54,610 nt of DNA, from positions 1 through 54,610 of the forward strand of contig DATKZB010000305.1 of the NCBI GenBank assembly GCA_035528235.1. Reading direction: 5' to 3'. Made by a program: the position numbers and the translations under genes. This document shows, piece by piece, positions 25,612 through 34,424 of this stretch. The notes below the pieces were generated by a model that had not been told where the DNA came from, made no database searches, and was given only the letters and a program-made list of their open reading frames with translations. Source of the stretch: Phycisphaerae bacterium. Lineage in GTDB: Bacteria > Planctomycetota > Phycisphaerae > FEN-1346. The number at the start of each line of letters is the position of its first letter. Position 1 is the stretch's first letter.

Positions 25612-28017
25612 ATGCCGCGACCAACGCCGTCTCTGTGCCTGCCCGTCGTCGCCGCCCTCGTCCTCCTGATTGTCGCAGGCCCCCTCGTGGCCGGCGTGGC
25701 GATGGAGCGATTGAAGCCGGCCGGCGAAAACCTCCTCAAGGCCGACGCCTGGCGGCCTTACGACCAAGGCTTCGCCCGCGACGGCGAGGTCTTCGTGTGC
25801 GACAATGGCGCCGACGCGGCCGCCCGGCGCGGCGTGTGCCAGACCGTCGTCCTGAACCAGGCCGAGCCCGAGCCCATCGTCGCCACCGCCTTCAGCAAGG
25901 CCGAGGGCGTCGGCGGCGGGGCCGACGCCGATTACTCCCTCTACCTCGATCTCCTCTACCAGGACGGCACCCCTTGCCGGGGCCAGATCGGCCCCTTCCG
26001 CACCGGCACGCACGACTGGCAGCGGGCCGAGGTCGTGGTCTTCCCCGCCAAACCCGTCAAGCACCTCTCGTACTACCTCCTGCTGAGGGGCCACGCCGGC
26101 AAGGCCGCCTTCAAGGACCCGCAACTGGTGGCCATGAAGGTGCCCGAGGGCGCCGCCCTGTTCGACGGCGTGCCCGTGCGGCTGAAGGCGCCGGCCGCCG
26201 CGCAGTTTCTGGTGCGCGACGTGGCAGCGGGGTCGGATTTCGTGACGTTCGACGCCGGCGAGGCGCTGTGGCTGCGCGGGGAGTGCCAGGTGGAGCGGCG
26301 CGCCGACGCCGACGTCCTCTCCGCCCGCCTCACCGACATGACCGGCAAGGACCGGGCCGTCACGCTCGTCTACACGGTGCCCGTCGCGGCCAAGGACGCC
26401 GTGTGGCTGGCCGACCCGCGCCGCGAGGTCGCCGCCCGGCCGCCGCACGAGTACACGGCGGCGCTGCGGGCCGGCAACGTCGGGGCCAACGGTATGCTGT
26501 CGCGGTGGCCGCTGGCGGCCGTTGCGGCCGAGGGGCGAGACGCGGCCGTCGCCATCGACATGGCCCGGCCGGCGTTCTTCCGCGTCGGCTACAGCGCGGG
26601 GGCCGGGGCGCTGTACGTGGCGTACGACCTGGCGCTTACGAAGGAGAAGCCGGCGGCCGAGGTGCGGCTGGCCCACTTCGGCTTCGACGCGGCGTGGGGC
26701 TTCCGGGCGGCCGTCGCGCGGCTGTACGAGGTCTTTCCCGACCAGTTCCGCTCGCGGACGCCCGAACAGGGCCTCTGGATGCCGTTCTTCAAGATCAGCC
26801 AGGTCCAGGGGTGGGAGGACTTCGGGTTCAAGTTCAAGGAGGGCAACGACGAGACCGCCTGGGACGACGCCCACGGCATCACGACGTTCCGGTACACCGA
26901 GCCGATGACGTGCTGGATGCCGATGGCCAAGGACCTGCCCCGCACCTACGAGGCCGCGCTGGCCGAGGCGAAGCGCCTGGCCGAAAAGGGCAACGCCGCC
27001 GCCCGGGCCCTGCTGGCGAGCGGTCACCACGACGACGCGGGCCGGTTCGCCGCCCGCCTGCGCGACACGCCCTGGTGCAACGGCGCGGTCTGGAGCATGA
27101 ACTCATCGCCCGGCATCGCCGGCGAGGTGACCGACTTCCGCATCAAGTGGAGCCCCGCGATTCGCGACCGGCTGTACGGCCCCGACCGCAAGGGCGACCT
27201 CGACGGCGAGTACGTCGACTCCTGCGAGGGGTACGTAACCGACGTCCTGGACTTTCGGCGCGAGCACTTCGCCGGGCAGGACACGCCGCTGGTCTTTGCG
27301 TCGGACACGCACCGGCCGGCCGTGTTCCGCGGTCTCATCGCCTTCGAGTACACCCGGGCCATCGAGCGCGACGTGCGCCGCCTGGGTAAACTCATGATGG
27401 CCAACGGTGCGCCGGGGCGCCTGTGCTGGCTCTCGCCGCTGCTCGACGTCCTCGGCACCGAGACCAACTGGAACCCCGGCGGCCGCTGGCGACCGATGAC
27501 CGACGAGGAACTCCTCTACCGCCGCGTCCTCGCCGGCCCGAAGCCATACTGCTTCCTCATGAACACCGACTTCGACAAGATGCCGCACGAGACCGTGGCG
27601 AAATACATGAAACGGTGCGTGGCGTACGGCATGTTCCCCGGGTTCTTCAGCCACAACGCCTCCGAGGGCCACTACTTCAGCCGGGCCGACCTCTACAACC
27701 GCGACCGGCCGCTCTTCAAGACATACGTGCCCCTGGCGAAGCGCGTGGCCGAGGCCGGCTGGCGGCCCGTCACGGGTGTCCGCTCGAGCGACCCCCGGGT
27801 GTACGTCGAACGCTGGGGCGAGCGGTACCTGACGGTCTTCAACGACTCGCCCGAGGGACGCACCGCCACGCTGACGCTCGACGGACTCGGGGCGTCGAAA
27901 ACCGGCCGCGAACTCGTCGCCGGCCGCGACGTCGCCTGGACCGGCGGCAAGACCGAGATTCGCCTCGGCCCCGAGGACGTGGCGGTCATCGACCTGGCAC
28001 CGTTTCCAGAAAGGTAG
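25612..28017 (+). CDS. Large secreted/membrane-anchored protein of unknown function
   Basis: 801-aa ORF with an N-terminal hydrophobic anchor (LCLPVVAALVLLIVAGPLVAG). Its composition is coding-like throughout, and I recognise no motif. Confidence 0.7.
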   Translation: MPRPTPSLCLPVVAALVLLIVAGPLVAGVAMERLKPAGENLLKADAWRPYDQGFARDGEVFVCDNGADAAARRGVCQTVVLNQAEPEPIVATAFSKAEGVGGGADADYSLYLDLLYQDGTPCRGQIGPFRTGTHDWQRAEVVVFPAKPVKHLSYYLLLRGHAGKAAFKDPQLVAMKVPEGAALFDGVPVRLKAPAAAQFLVRDVAAGSDFVTFDAGEALWLRGECQVERRADADVLSARLTDMTGKDRAVTLVYTVPVAAKDAVWLADPRREVAARPPHEYTAALRAGNVGANGMLSRWPLAAVAAEGRDAAVAIDMARPAFFRVGYSAGAGALYVAYDLALTKEKPAAEVRLAHFGFDAAWGFRAAVARLYEVFPDQFRSRTPEQGLWMPFFKISQVQGWEDFGFKFKEGNDETAWDDAHGITTFRYTEPMTCWMPMAKDLPRTYEAALAEAKRLAEKGNAAARALLASGHHDDAGRFAARLRDTPWCNGAVWSMNSSPGIAGEVTDFRIKWSPAIRDRLYGPDRKGDLDGEYVDSCEGYVTDVLDFRREHFAGQDTPLVFASDTHRPAVFRGLIAFEYTRAIERDVRRLGKLMMANGAPGRLCWLSPLLDVLGTETNWNPGGRWRPMTDEELLYRRVLAGPKPYCFLMNTDFDKMPHETVAKYMKRCVAYGMFPGFFSHNASEGHYFSRADLYNRDRPLFKTYVPLAKRVAEAGWRPVTGVRSSDPRVYVERWGERYLTVFNDSPEGRTATLTLDGLGASKTGRELVAGRDVAWTGGKTEIRLGPEDVAVIDLAPFPER

Positions 28018-28030
28018 TATCACTTTCAGC

Positions 28031-28099
28031 GGGGTGCCACTGGCGGCTTGCCCGCCAGTGTTCTGGAGGCACTGGCTGCAAGCAGCCAGTGGCACCCGG
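28031..28099. repeat. REPIN-like double hairpin
   Basis: cactggcggcttgcccgccagtg and cactggctgcaagcagccagtg sit inside the outer inverted repeat ggggtgccactgg / ccagtggcacccgg. Confidence 0.7.
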
Positions 28100-28188
28100 C
28101 GCCGCCCGCCGATTCGCGTTGACTCCCGCGCGCCAGCCGGTACGATGACCCACAAGTCGCCGGCGTGCGCGGCCGCAAGGGGGCCTGC

Positions 28189-28554
28189 ATGGAAATCCAC
28201 GAACGACCCTGCGACGTCGAGGGCGTCCGCCTACTCGATATTGACGGCGGCCTCGACCACACGAATACCGAGGCATTCGCCCGGAAGATGCACGATCTCT
28301 TGCAGGAGGGGTCCCCGCGGGTCGTCCTGGACCTCGAACACCTGACGTACGCCTCCAGCCTGGGCCTGGCCGCCCTGAGGCAGATCCACCACCACGGTGT
28401 CGCGCGGGGCGGACGCGTCGCCTTCGCCAACCTCCATAGCGCTGTGGCGACGCTGCTGCGTCTGTCGCATCTGGACCGGCAATTCGACCTGTATCCGACG
28501 GTGGGGGATGCCATCCGCCACGTCGCCCCGGCCCAACCCGACGCCGCCGAGTAG
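28189..28554 (+). CDS. STAS domain protein (anti-sigma-factor antagonist, SpoIIAA-like)
   Basis: ATG 28189 follows an AAGGGGG SD. The pattern VLDLEHLTYASSLGLAAL...VAFANL is typical of STAS proteins. Confidence 0.8.
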   Translation: MEIHERPCDVEGVRLLDIDGGLDHTNTEAFARKMHDLLQEGSPRVVLDLEHLTYASSLGLAALRQIHHHGVARGGRVAFANLHSAVATLLRLSHLDRQFDLYPTVGDAIRHVAPAQPDAAE

Positions 28555-28982
28555 CGCACTTCAACGTTGGGTGTTTGCGCGGCAGGTCCATCGCACCGGG
28601 CCCGTAGCGGCCGGTTTCACGGGCCCAGGTGCCGCGGGGCGGCCGTCCAAGGCCGCCGCGCATATACTTTACTGAGACGCCCTTCCCCCTGGACACCGGA
28701 AATGGGCGCTTTTACAGGTCCAAAGACGCGTTTTCGGCGCACCAAGGCCGATGTACCCCCCTTTTGGTAAGATAGGCAAGGGGAAACGCGCCGCTTTTGA
28801 TCGTTTTTTTCGATTTTTGATCGGAACGCGCCGGAATCGGTCGTTTTCGACACCGTTTTGACCGTAAATGGACTGGGCTCAATATAAACTAAACCATACA
28901 TTCCTGGCCGCCGCCACGCCTGCCCGGCCGCCCCAGGCCGGCAGGAATCCAAGAGATTAACTGCAATGTGCGCGCTCCGGCC

Positions 28983-29011
28983 TTGCGTGGGGGTTGCTTT
29001 TCACGTATAAT
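28983..29011 (+). promoter_or_regulatory. Sigma70-like promoter TTGCGT-N17-TATAAT
   Basis: The -35 box is at 28983..28988 and the -10 box at 29006..29011, about 45 nt upstream of ATG 29057. It sits in an unusually AT-rich 500-nt intergenic region. Confidence 0.65.
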
Positions 29012-29056
29012 AGAGGGGTTCGCATCAGTCGTTCAGGCGCCGACAAGGGGACATCG

Positions 29057-29644
29057 ATGGGCTGGCACCTCCTGGTACTCGCGGTTCTCGCGTTTCCGGC
29101 CGCGGAACAGGCCCTGGCGGTCGAACCCCCCGCCGCGCCCGCCAACCCCGCTGCCAATGCTGAAAAGGCCCCCGGGCCGAGCGATGCCGCGTTCTTCGCC
29201 GAACTCGGATACAAGGACACGGCCACCGCCGCCGACGCCTCCCGGGCCCTGGCCATCCTCGTCAGCGAGGGCAGCCAGGTCGGGGACGATTTTGAAACCG
29301 CCAAAGCCTACCTGGCCAAGCGGGGCGTCCTCGCCGGCGGATGGTTCGCCAAGGCCGCGGCCGACGCCCCGGTCTCCAGGGGCCACCTGGCCGTCCTCAT
29401 CTGCAAGACCCTCGGCATCAAGGGCGGCATCTGGATGCGGATGTTCGGACCCAACCCCCGGCTGGCCCTGAACGAGTGCGCCTACCTCGAGGTCATGGTT
29501 CGGGGCTGCGATTACGGCTACGTCACGGGAGGCGAACTGGTCGGCGTCATCGACCGGGCCGACCGCCTCCGCTCAAAGGGAACCCAACACGCAGTGCCCG
29601 AACTCGAGGGTCATACCTCGGAGGCAACGGAGGCGGAACAATGA
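29057..29644 (+). CDS. Secreted protein, possibly SLH-like; function unknown
   Basis: ATG 29057 follows an AAGGGGA SD. A signal peptide (MGWHLLVLAVLAFPAAEQALA) is present. The stop overlaps the next start (ATGA at 29641). Confidence 0.7.
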   Translation: MGWHLLVLAVLAFPAAEQALAVEPPAAPANPAANAEKAPGPSDAAFFAELGYKDTATAADASRALAILVSEGSQVGDDFETAKAYLAKRGVLAGGWFAKAAADAPVSRGHLAVLICKTLGIKGGIWMRMFGPNPRLALNECAYLEVMVRGCDYGYVTGGELVGVIDRADRLRSKGTQHAVPELEGHTSEATEAEQ

Positions 29645-30468
29645 ACCGGATCCGGTGGATGGTCCTGGTGTGCATGATCCTGGCGGCCCCCGCCGCGGCC
29701 CCGGCTGAGCAGCCCGCCGCCGCGCCGCCCGCCGACGCCATGGTCGCCGTCGCCAAGGTCGTCGTCGGCACCGTCGAGACGCGGCCCGCCGCCGACCAGC
29801 CCTGGGTGGCCGTAACGCAAGGCATGAAACTGGCCGAAGGGGCCGACCTGCGAACGGGGTTCCGGGCCCGGTGCATCCTCGACACCACCGACAGCCTGGT
29901 CCAGGTCGACCCGCTCACGGTGCTCCGCATCGGCGAACTCCGCAAGGACGGCGAGAAGGTCCGGACCCGCCTCTTCATGAAGCACGGCAACACGCAGGCG
30001 GTGATCGAGAAGCGACCGGTGGCGAGCGACTTCGCCATCGTCACGCCGTCGGCCACGCTCTCGGTCCGCGGAACGAGCATCAAGGCGGGGTTCTTCCCCG
30101 TGCTGGGCGGCACGTACGGGACGGCCCAGGGCCTGATGGCCGTCCGCGACGCCATGCTCGGTCGCGAGACCACGGTCGCCAAGGGCGAGACCACCGACAA
30201 CAACGCTACGCCGCCCATCCAGCTCCTGGCGGAACTCTATCTGCCCGTCATCCTCGATAGCGGCGGGTACGACAAGACCGAGAAGGTGGCGGCCGGCCGG
30301 TGGCACGCGTCGACGCCTATCCCGGTGGGACTCCAGGGCAACAACCCCGGTTCCCAGCCAGGCGGCCAGGAGATCGATCCCGGCGACACGTCCCAGCCCG
30401 GCGACGACCTGCACGGCGGCCGCCCGTACCGCGGCGACGACACCATTCCGCCGCCACCCGGCGGGTAA
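29641..30468 (+). CDS. FecR-domain secreted protein
   Basis: A signal peptide is present. The pattern GTVETRPAADQPWVAVTQGMKLAEGADLRTGFRARCIL...VQVDPLTVLRI is typical of FecR domains that precede CHASE2 sensors (recalled). Confidence 0.65.
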   Translation: MNRIRWMVLVCMILAAPAAAPAEQPAAAPPADAMVAVAKVVVGTVETRPAADQPWVAVTQGMKLAEGADLRTGFRARCILDTTDSLVQVDPLTVLRIGELRKDGEKVRTRLFMKHGNTQAVIEKRPVASDFAIVTPSATLSVRGTSIKAGFFPVLGGTYGTAQGLMAVRDAMLGRETTVAKGETTDNNATPPIQLLAELYLPVILDSGGYDKTEKVAAGRWHASTPIPVGLQGNNPGSQPGGQEIDPGDTSQPGDDLHGGRPYRGDDTIPPPPGG

Positions 30469-30521
30469 CCATAGAGGGGCCGACCAGCCGCGGGAACGCC
30501 GCCCAGACCCAAGGTCCGCTC

Positions 30522-33128
30522 GTGGCCAAGCCGACCAGCGCCAAGCCGAAGGCCTTCCGCCACGCGCGGCTGTGGATTGCATCGCTCATCGCCCTCTCGC
30601 TGGGGTCGCTGGCCGCCACATTCATCGAGTTCACCGAGGCGGGTCTGACGCTGAAACTGGCGGTCGCCGACATCCTGCGGTCCGCCAACCCCCTGCCCGA
30701 CGACCCGCGGACGGCCCGGATCACGACGATCGAGATTGACGACCGCGCGCTCAAGGGCCACCCCGAAGGCGGCCGGTGGCCGTGGCCGCGACCGAAGCAG
30801 GCCCAGGTCATCGACGCCATCGCCTCGCTCGGGCCACGGTTCATCGTCCTCGACATCGAATACTCCGAGGCCGAGAAGGCCTGCGTGGCGTACCGGCCCC
30901 TCAGCCACACGGTCGAGCCCGAGCCGTACATCCTGAAGGAGCCCGACGAGCACTTCCGCGAGAGCCTCCGGCGGGCCGGCAACGTCGTCGTCCCGTTCAG
31001 CCTGTACTTCAAGGGCCGGTCCGAGGACGGCCGGCCGGCGGCGGCCGCCACCACGGTCGCTGTGGAACCGTACCTGCGGCGCTTCGCCGCGCGGATGGGC
31101 CCGGCCGACCTGGGCGGTCTCCACGAGGCCGAGGGCATCAGCCCCATGATCCCGCAACTGGCGGAGGTGGCCATCGGCTCCGGCTACACGAGCGTCGTCA
31201 AGGACCCCGACCAGGCCGTCCGGCGGGTGCCGCTGCTGGCCCGCGCGGGCGACTGCGTCTTCCCGCACCTGAGCCTCGAAATGGCCGGCCTGTGGCGGTT
31301 CGGCCCCGGCTACCGCGTGGCCCTGGACGAGGGGCACGTGACCGTGATGTCGGCCGACGGGAGCGAGGCCGTCTCGGTGCCGGTCGATGCGCGGGGCCAG
31401 GTCAACATGCGGTGGCCGCGGAACCTCGAGGCCATGGACCGCGACCGCATCTCGGTCGGGCCGGTGCTCGACCTGGTCCTGGCCCGCCGCCAACGGGCCG
31501 AGCTGGGGCAGCGATGGCGCCTGGTCATGGCGGAACTCGACGCCCTGCTGCCCGGCACCGGGTGGGCCCAGGCCCGGGCCGCGCTCGATGCGGCCGAGGC
31601 CGGGGCCGGCGCCAAGTCGGCCGACACGGCCCTTCGCGACGAAGCGCGGCAGCGGGCCGAGGCGCTCGAGAAGACCGAGGAACGCCTCGTGATGGACCTC
31701 GTGGCCCGCGCCGCCGGCGACGACGACCTGGGGCGCCGCTGCGCCGAGGCCGCCACGAAGCACGAGGCCCTCCTGGGCCTCTATCACCAGACCCGCGACG
31801 AACTGGCGGCCGACGTCGAGAAGGCCGCCGACCGCGTCCGGCCGCGCATCGAAGGACGAATCTGCATCCTTGGCATCAACATCACCGCCAAAACCGACCA
31901 GCACAAGACCCCCATCAGCAAGAGCCAGCCGGGGGTCACCATTTACCCGGCCGCCATGCGCACGATCCTCTCGGGCGAGGCGTTTCGGCGCCTGGGGCCG
32001 TGGCAGGACTGGGCGGTGGCGGTGCTGGCGGCGTGGCTAGTGGGCGTGCTGGGGACGCGGCTGCCGACCGGATGGGGCATCGTGGCCGCGATCTGGCTGT
32101 CGGCGGCCATCCTGGTGACCGGGTACGTGGCGGCCGGCGCGGCGGCCGTCCTGCTGCCCGTGACGGGGCCGGTGCTGGCGGTCGTCGTGGCGTTCGCGGG
32201 GGTCTCGGGTTACCGGCAGTTGACCGAGGCGGCCAGCCGCCGCTGGGTGACGCGGGCCTTCGAGCAGTACATGTCGCCGGCGGTGCTCGACGAACTCGTC
32301 CGCGACCCCGACCTGCTGCGCCTGGGCGGCGCGCGGCGCGAGATTACCGTCATCTTCAGCGACGTGGCCGGCTTCACGCCGCTCTCCGAACGCCTCGACC
32401 CGGAGAACCTCGTCGCCCTGCTCCAGCATTACCTGGGAACGATGACGGCCATCCTGCTCGCCGAAGAGGCCACGCTCGACAAGTACGAGGGCGACGGCAT
32501 CCTGGCGTTCATCGGCGCGCCCATCGAGGCGACCGACCACGCCCTGCGGGCCGTCCGCGCCGCGATCGGCATGCAGGATGCCGTGCCGCGCGTCCACGAC
32601 GAACTCGTCGCCATGGGCCTCATCACGCCCGAGCAGCCGCTGAAGATCCGGGTGGGTTGCTCGTCCGGACCCGCCAACGTCGGCAACTTCGGGTCCGAGA
32701 AGCGATTCGATTACACCGCCATGGGCGACACGGTGAACCTGGGCGGACGCCTCGAAGAGGCCAACCGGTGGCTCAACACCCGCATCCTGGTGCCCGAGAC
32801 CACGCGACAGGGCTGCGGCGAGGCCGTCTGCTTCCGACGCCTGGGCCTGGCCAGGATTCGCGGCAAGGCCCAGCCCATGCCCCTGTACGAGCCGATGGCC
32901 CTGGAACCGGCGCCGGAAAAAATCAAGGCGGTGGCCGAGGCCTTCGGCCGGGCCATCGACGCCCTCCAGGCCGCCGACCTGGACGCCGCCGAGGCCGCCC
33001 TGGCCGACCTGCTGGCCGTCGATCCGCAAGATGGCCCCGCGCAAGCGCTTAGGAAACGCATGGACGCCGTCCGGGCCGGACAGGCCAGACCCGAAGACCC
33101 CTGGAACCTCGCCCAGCCCAAAGAATAG
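30522..33128 (+). CDS. CHASE2 sensor-domain adenylate/guanylate cyclase (class III)
   Basis: Start proposed at GTG 30522. The order is an N-terminal TM, a periplasmic CHASE2-like region, three TM helices, then the cyclase core (ITVIFSDVAGFTPLSE, YEGDGILAFIGAP, GDTVNLGGRLE). Confidence 0.85.
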   Translation: MAKPTSAKPKAFRHARLWIASLIALSLGSLAATFIEFTEAGLTLKLAVADILRSANPLPDDPRTARITTIEIDDRALKGHPEGGRWPWPRPKQAQVIDAIASLGPRFIVLDIEYSEAEKACVAYRPLSHTVEPEPYILKEPDEHFRESLRRAGNVVVPFSLYFKGRSEDGRPAAAATTVAVEPYLRRFAARMGPADLGGLHEAEGISPMIPQLAEVAIGSGYTSVVKDPDQAVRRVPLLARAGDCVFPHLSLEMAGLWRFGPGYRVALDEGHVTVMSADGSEAVSVPVDARGQVNMRWPRNLEAMDRDRISVGPVLDLVLARRQRAELGQRWRLVMAELDALLPGTGWAQARAALDAAEAGAGAKSADTALRDEARQRAEALEKTEERLVMDLVARAAGDDDLGRRCAEAATKHEALLGLYHQTRDELAADVEKAADRVRPRIEGRICILGINITAKTDQHKTPISKSQPGVTIYPAAMRTILSGEAFRRLGPWQDWAVAVLAAWLVGVLGTRLPTGWGIVAAIWLSAAILVTGYVAAGAAAVLLPVTGPVLAVVVAFAGVSGYRQLTEAASRRWVTRAFEQYMSPAVLDELVRDPDLLRLGGARREITVIFSDVAGFTPLSERLDPENLVALLQHYLGTMTAILLAEEATLDKYEGDGILAFIGAPIEATDHALRAVRAAIGMQDAVPRVHDELVAMGLITPEQPLKIRVGCSSGPANVGNFGSEKRFDYTAMGDTVNLGGRLEEANRWLNTRILVPETTRQGCGEAVCFRRLGLARIRGKAQPMPLYEPMALEPAPEKIKAVAEAFGRAIDALQAADLDAAEAALADLLAVDPQDGPAQALRKRMDAVRAGQARPEDPWNLAQPKE

Positions 33129-33318
33129 GCCACGGTCCCGAATGCGCAGATTTCTAATTTCTTCTTGACACCCCGCCCGGGACAGTTCATAAAAGAGAGT
33201 GTAGGAGAAGGTAAGCATTTCCGGTCAGGTGTCGGCGGGCGTGCGACTGGCCAGGACGTCGACAGAGGTGGAACCGACGCACCGTTCCCTTTCGGGATGA
33301 CGGGTAACTAAAAGAGAA

Positions 33319-33339
33319 GGCGACCGAAAGGTCGTCTTT
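33319..33339. terminator. GNRA-capped hairpin, plausible bidirectional intrinsic terminator
   Basis: ggcgacc-gaaa-ggtcgtc is followed by TTTAAAA on the plus strand and by TTCTCTTTT on the minus strand. It lies between convergent genes ending at 33128 (+) and 33594 (-). Confidence 0.5.
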
Positions 33340-33379
33340 AAAAGCGGCAGCGGCTTCCTACCCCTCGGTCGCTGCCGCG

Positions 33380-33578
33380 ATTATGTCCACGTCCGGCCGC
33401 ACGCCACACCCAACGGTCCCAGAGCAGTTTCGCATTGCGTGTTTGCGCGGCCCGCCCACACACTTGTGCGCGGCGGGTCCCCGCACCCGCCGCGCTCGAG
33501 GTCCGACTGCGGGTTGGCGCGGTGGGTACGGGGACCCACCGCGCCCGAGCGCCATTATGTCCACGTCCGGCCGCACGC
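33380..33578. repeat. Family B REPIN (33468..33544) bracketed by a perfect 25-bp direct repeat
   Basis: attatgtccacgtccggccgcacgc occurs at 33380..33404 and again at 33554..33578. The hairpins gcgcggcgggtccccgcacccgccgcgc and gcgcggtgggtacggggacccaccgcgc lie between the two copies. Confidence 0.85.
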
Positions 33579-33593
33579 AGCCCCCGAACCGCC

Positions 33594-34424
33594 CTACGGT
33601 TTCGCGGTGCCGGTCTCATCTACCAGACGGATACCGATGTCACAGATGGCGCCGTCGGCCACCACCTGCGGCGACGCGTAGTACGCCCGCACGTACGGCG
33701 CGGGGTCGGCCGTCGGGTCGGGCACCCAGTAGATCATGGCGGTGGGGTCGCGCAGGTTGGTCGTGATGATGCTGCCCGAGAGCGCGGTCACGAGGACGTC
33801 TTCGTCGCCCTCCCTGAGGACCTGCGGCCCGACGTACACCCACCGACCCTTGCCCAGCGGCGAGCCGTCGGGTTTCGCGGCCAGCAGCCGCTCGACCGGC
33901 AGCCGATCGGTCCGCTCGCCGGGCCCGCGGGCCAAGAGCGTGACCTCGACCGTCTGACCCGCCGGCGGCCGGGCCCGGTCGTCGCCCACCGGCACCGGGC
34001 GCACGCCGGGCTTCAGGCCCGCCTCGGCCATGGCGGTCGCCAGGTCGGACGCCGAACACGCCGTCACGAGGACCGACGCGGCCGGGTGCCGGTCCGACGC
34101 CGCCAGCAACCATTCCACCACGCCCCGCGTCCGCGTTGGCGCGGCAGGAATGCGGACGGTGTGGGCCTTGGCGTCGACGTGCAGGCGCGATTCGTCCGGC
34201 TCGCCGGCGTCTTCGGGCCCGTCGGTCCGGCGCGGCCGGCGGAGGTCGTCGGTCTCGAGGATGAGCGGCTTGAAGCGGTCGACGCGACGCTGGGGCGCCT
34301 CGGGCCGGGCCTCGCCCGCCCAGGCCACGCCCGCCACCAGGAGCACCAGCACCCCGAGTATGATCCGAGCGGCACAAGACACACGCGTCTCCTTCGCCGG
34401 CCGACCGGCGGCCGCCGGCGTCAC
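33594..34424 (-). CDS. Secreted YdjY-domain-like protein
   Basis: GTG 34424 overlaps the upstream stop (GTGA). An N-terminal hydrophobic anchor is present. GVVEWLLAASDRHPAASVLVTACSASDLATAMAEAGLKPG resembles the YdjY-domain signature as I recall it. Confidence 0.55.
   Translation of the reverse strand: MTPAAAGRPAKETRVSCAARIILGVLVLLVAGVAWAGEARPEAPQRRVDRFKPLILETDDLRRPRRTDGPEDAGEPDESRLHVDAKAHTVRIPAAPTRTRGVVEWLLAASDRHPAASVLVTACSASDLATAMAEAGLKPGVRPVPVGDDRARPPAGQTVEVTLLARGPGERTDRLPVERLLAAKPDGSPLGKGRWVYVGPQVLREGDEDVLVTALSGSIITTNLRDPTAMIYWVPDPTADPAPYVRAYYASPQVVADGAICDIGIRLVDETGTAKP

Noticed and set aside
21896-25624. Single 1242-aa ORF spanning the PDZ lipoprotein and the htrA region
   Set aside because: The upstream part of this frame is Arg/Pro/Gly-rich. 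The real HtrA protease is encoded in a different frame (24076..25455). The lipoprotein has its own ATG overlapping the htrA stop.
28617-28952. 111-aa minus-strand ORF (and the 67-aa ORF 28567..28770) in the AT-rich intergenic region
   Set aside because: There is no SD and the composition is odd. The ORFs run across REP hairpins and T-tracts, and I recognise no motif. The region is better explained as regulatory or non-coding.
33195-33339. Assignment of the candidate RNA to a known class (SRP/4.5S, 6S or ZTP riboswitch, because of GGUCAGGU and GACUGGC-like strings)
   Set aside because: The SRP GGAA tetraloop/AGCA motif and the ZTP 3' CCGCCUGGGC pseudoknot element are absent. There is also no downstream plus-strand gene for a riboswitch to control. 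It is left unclassified.
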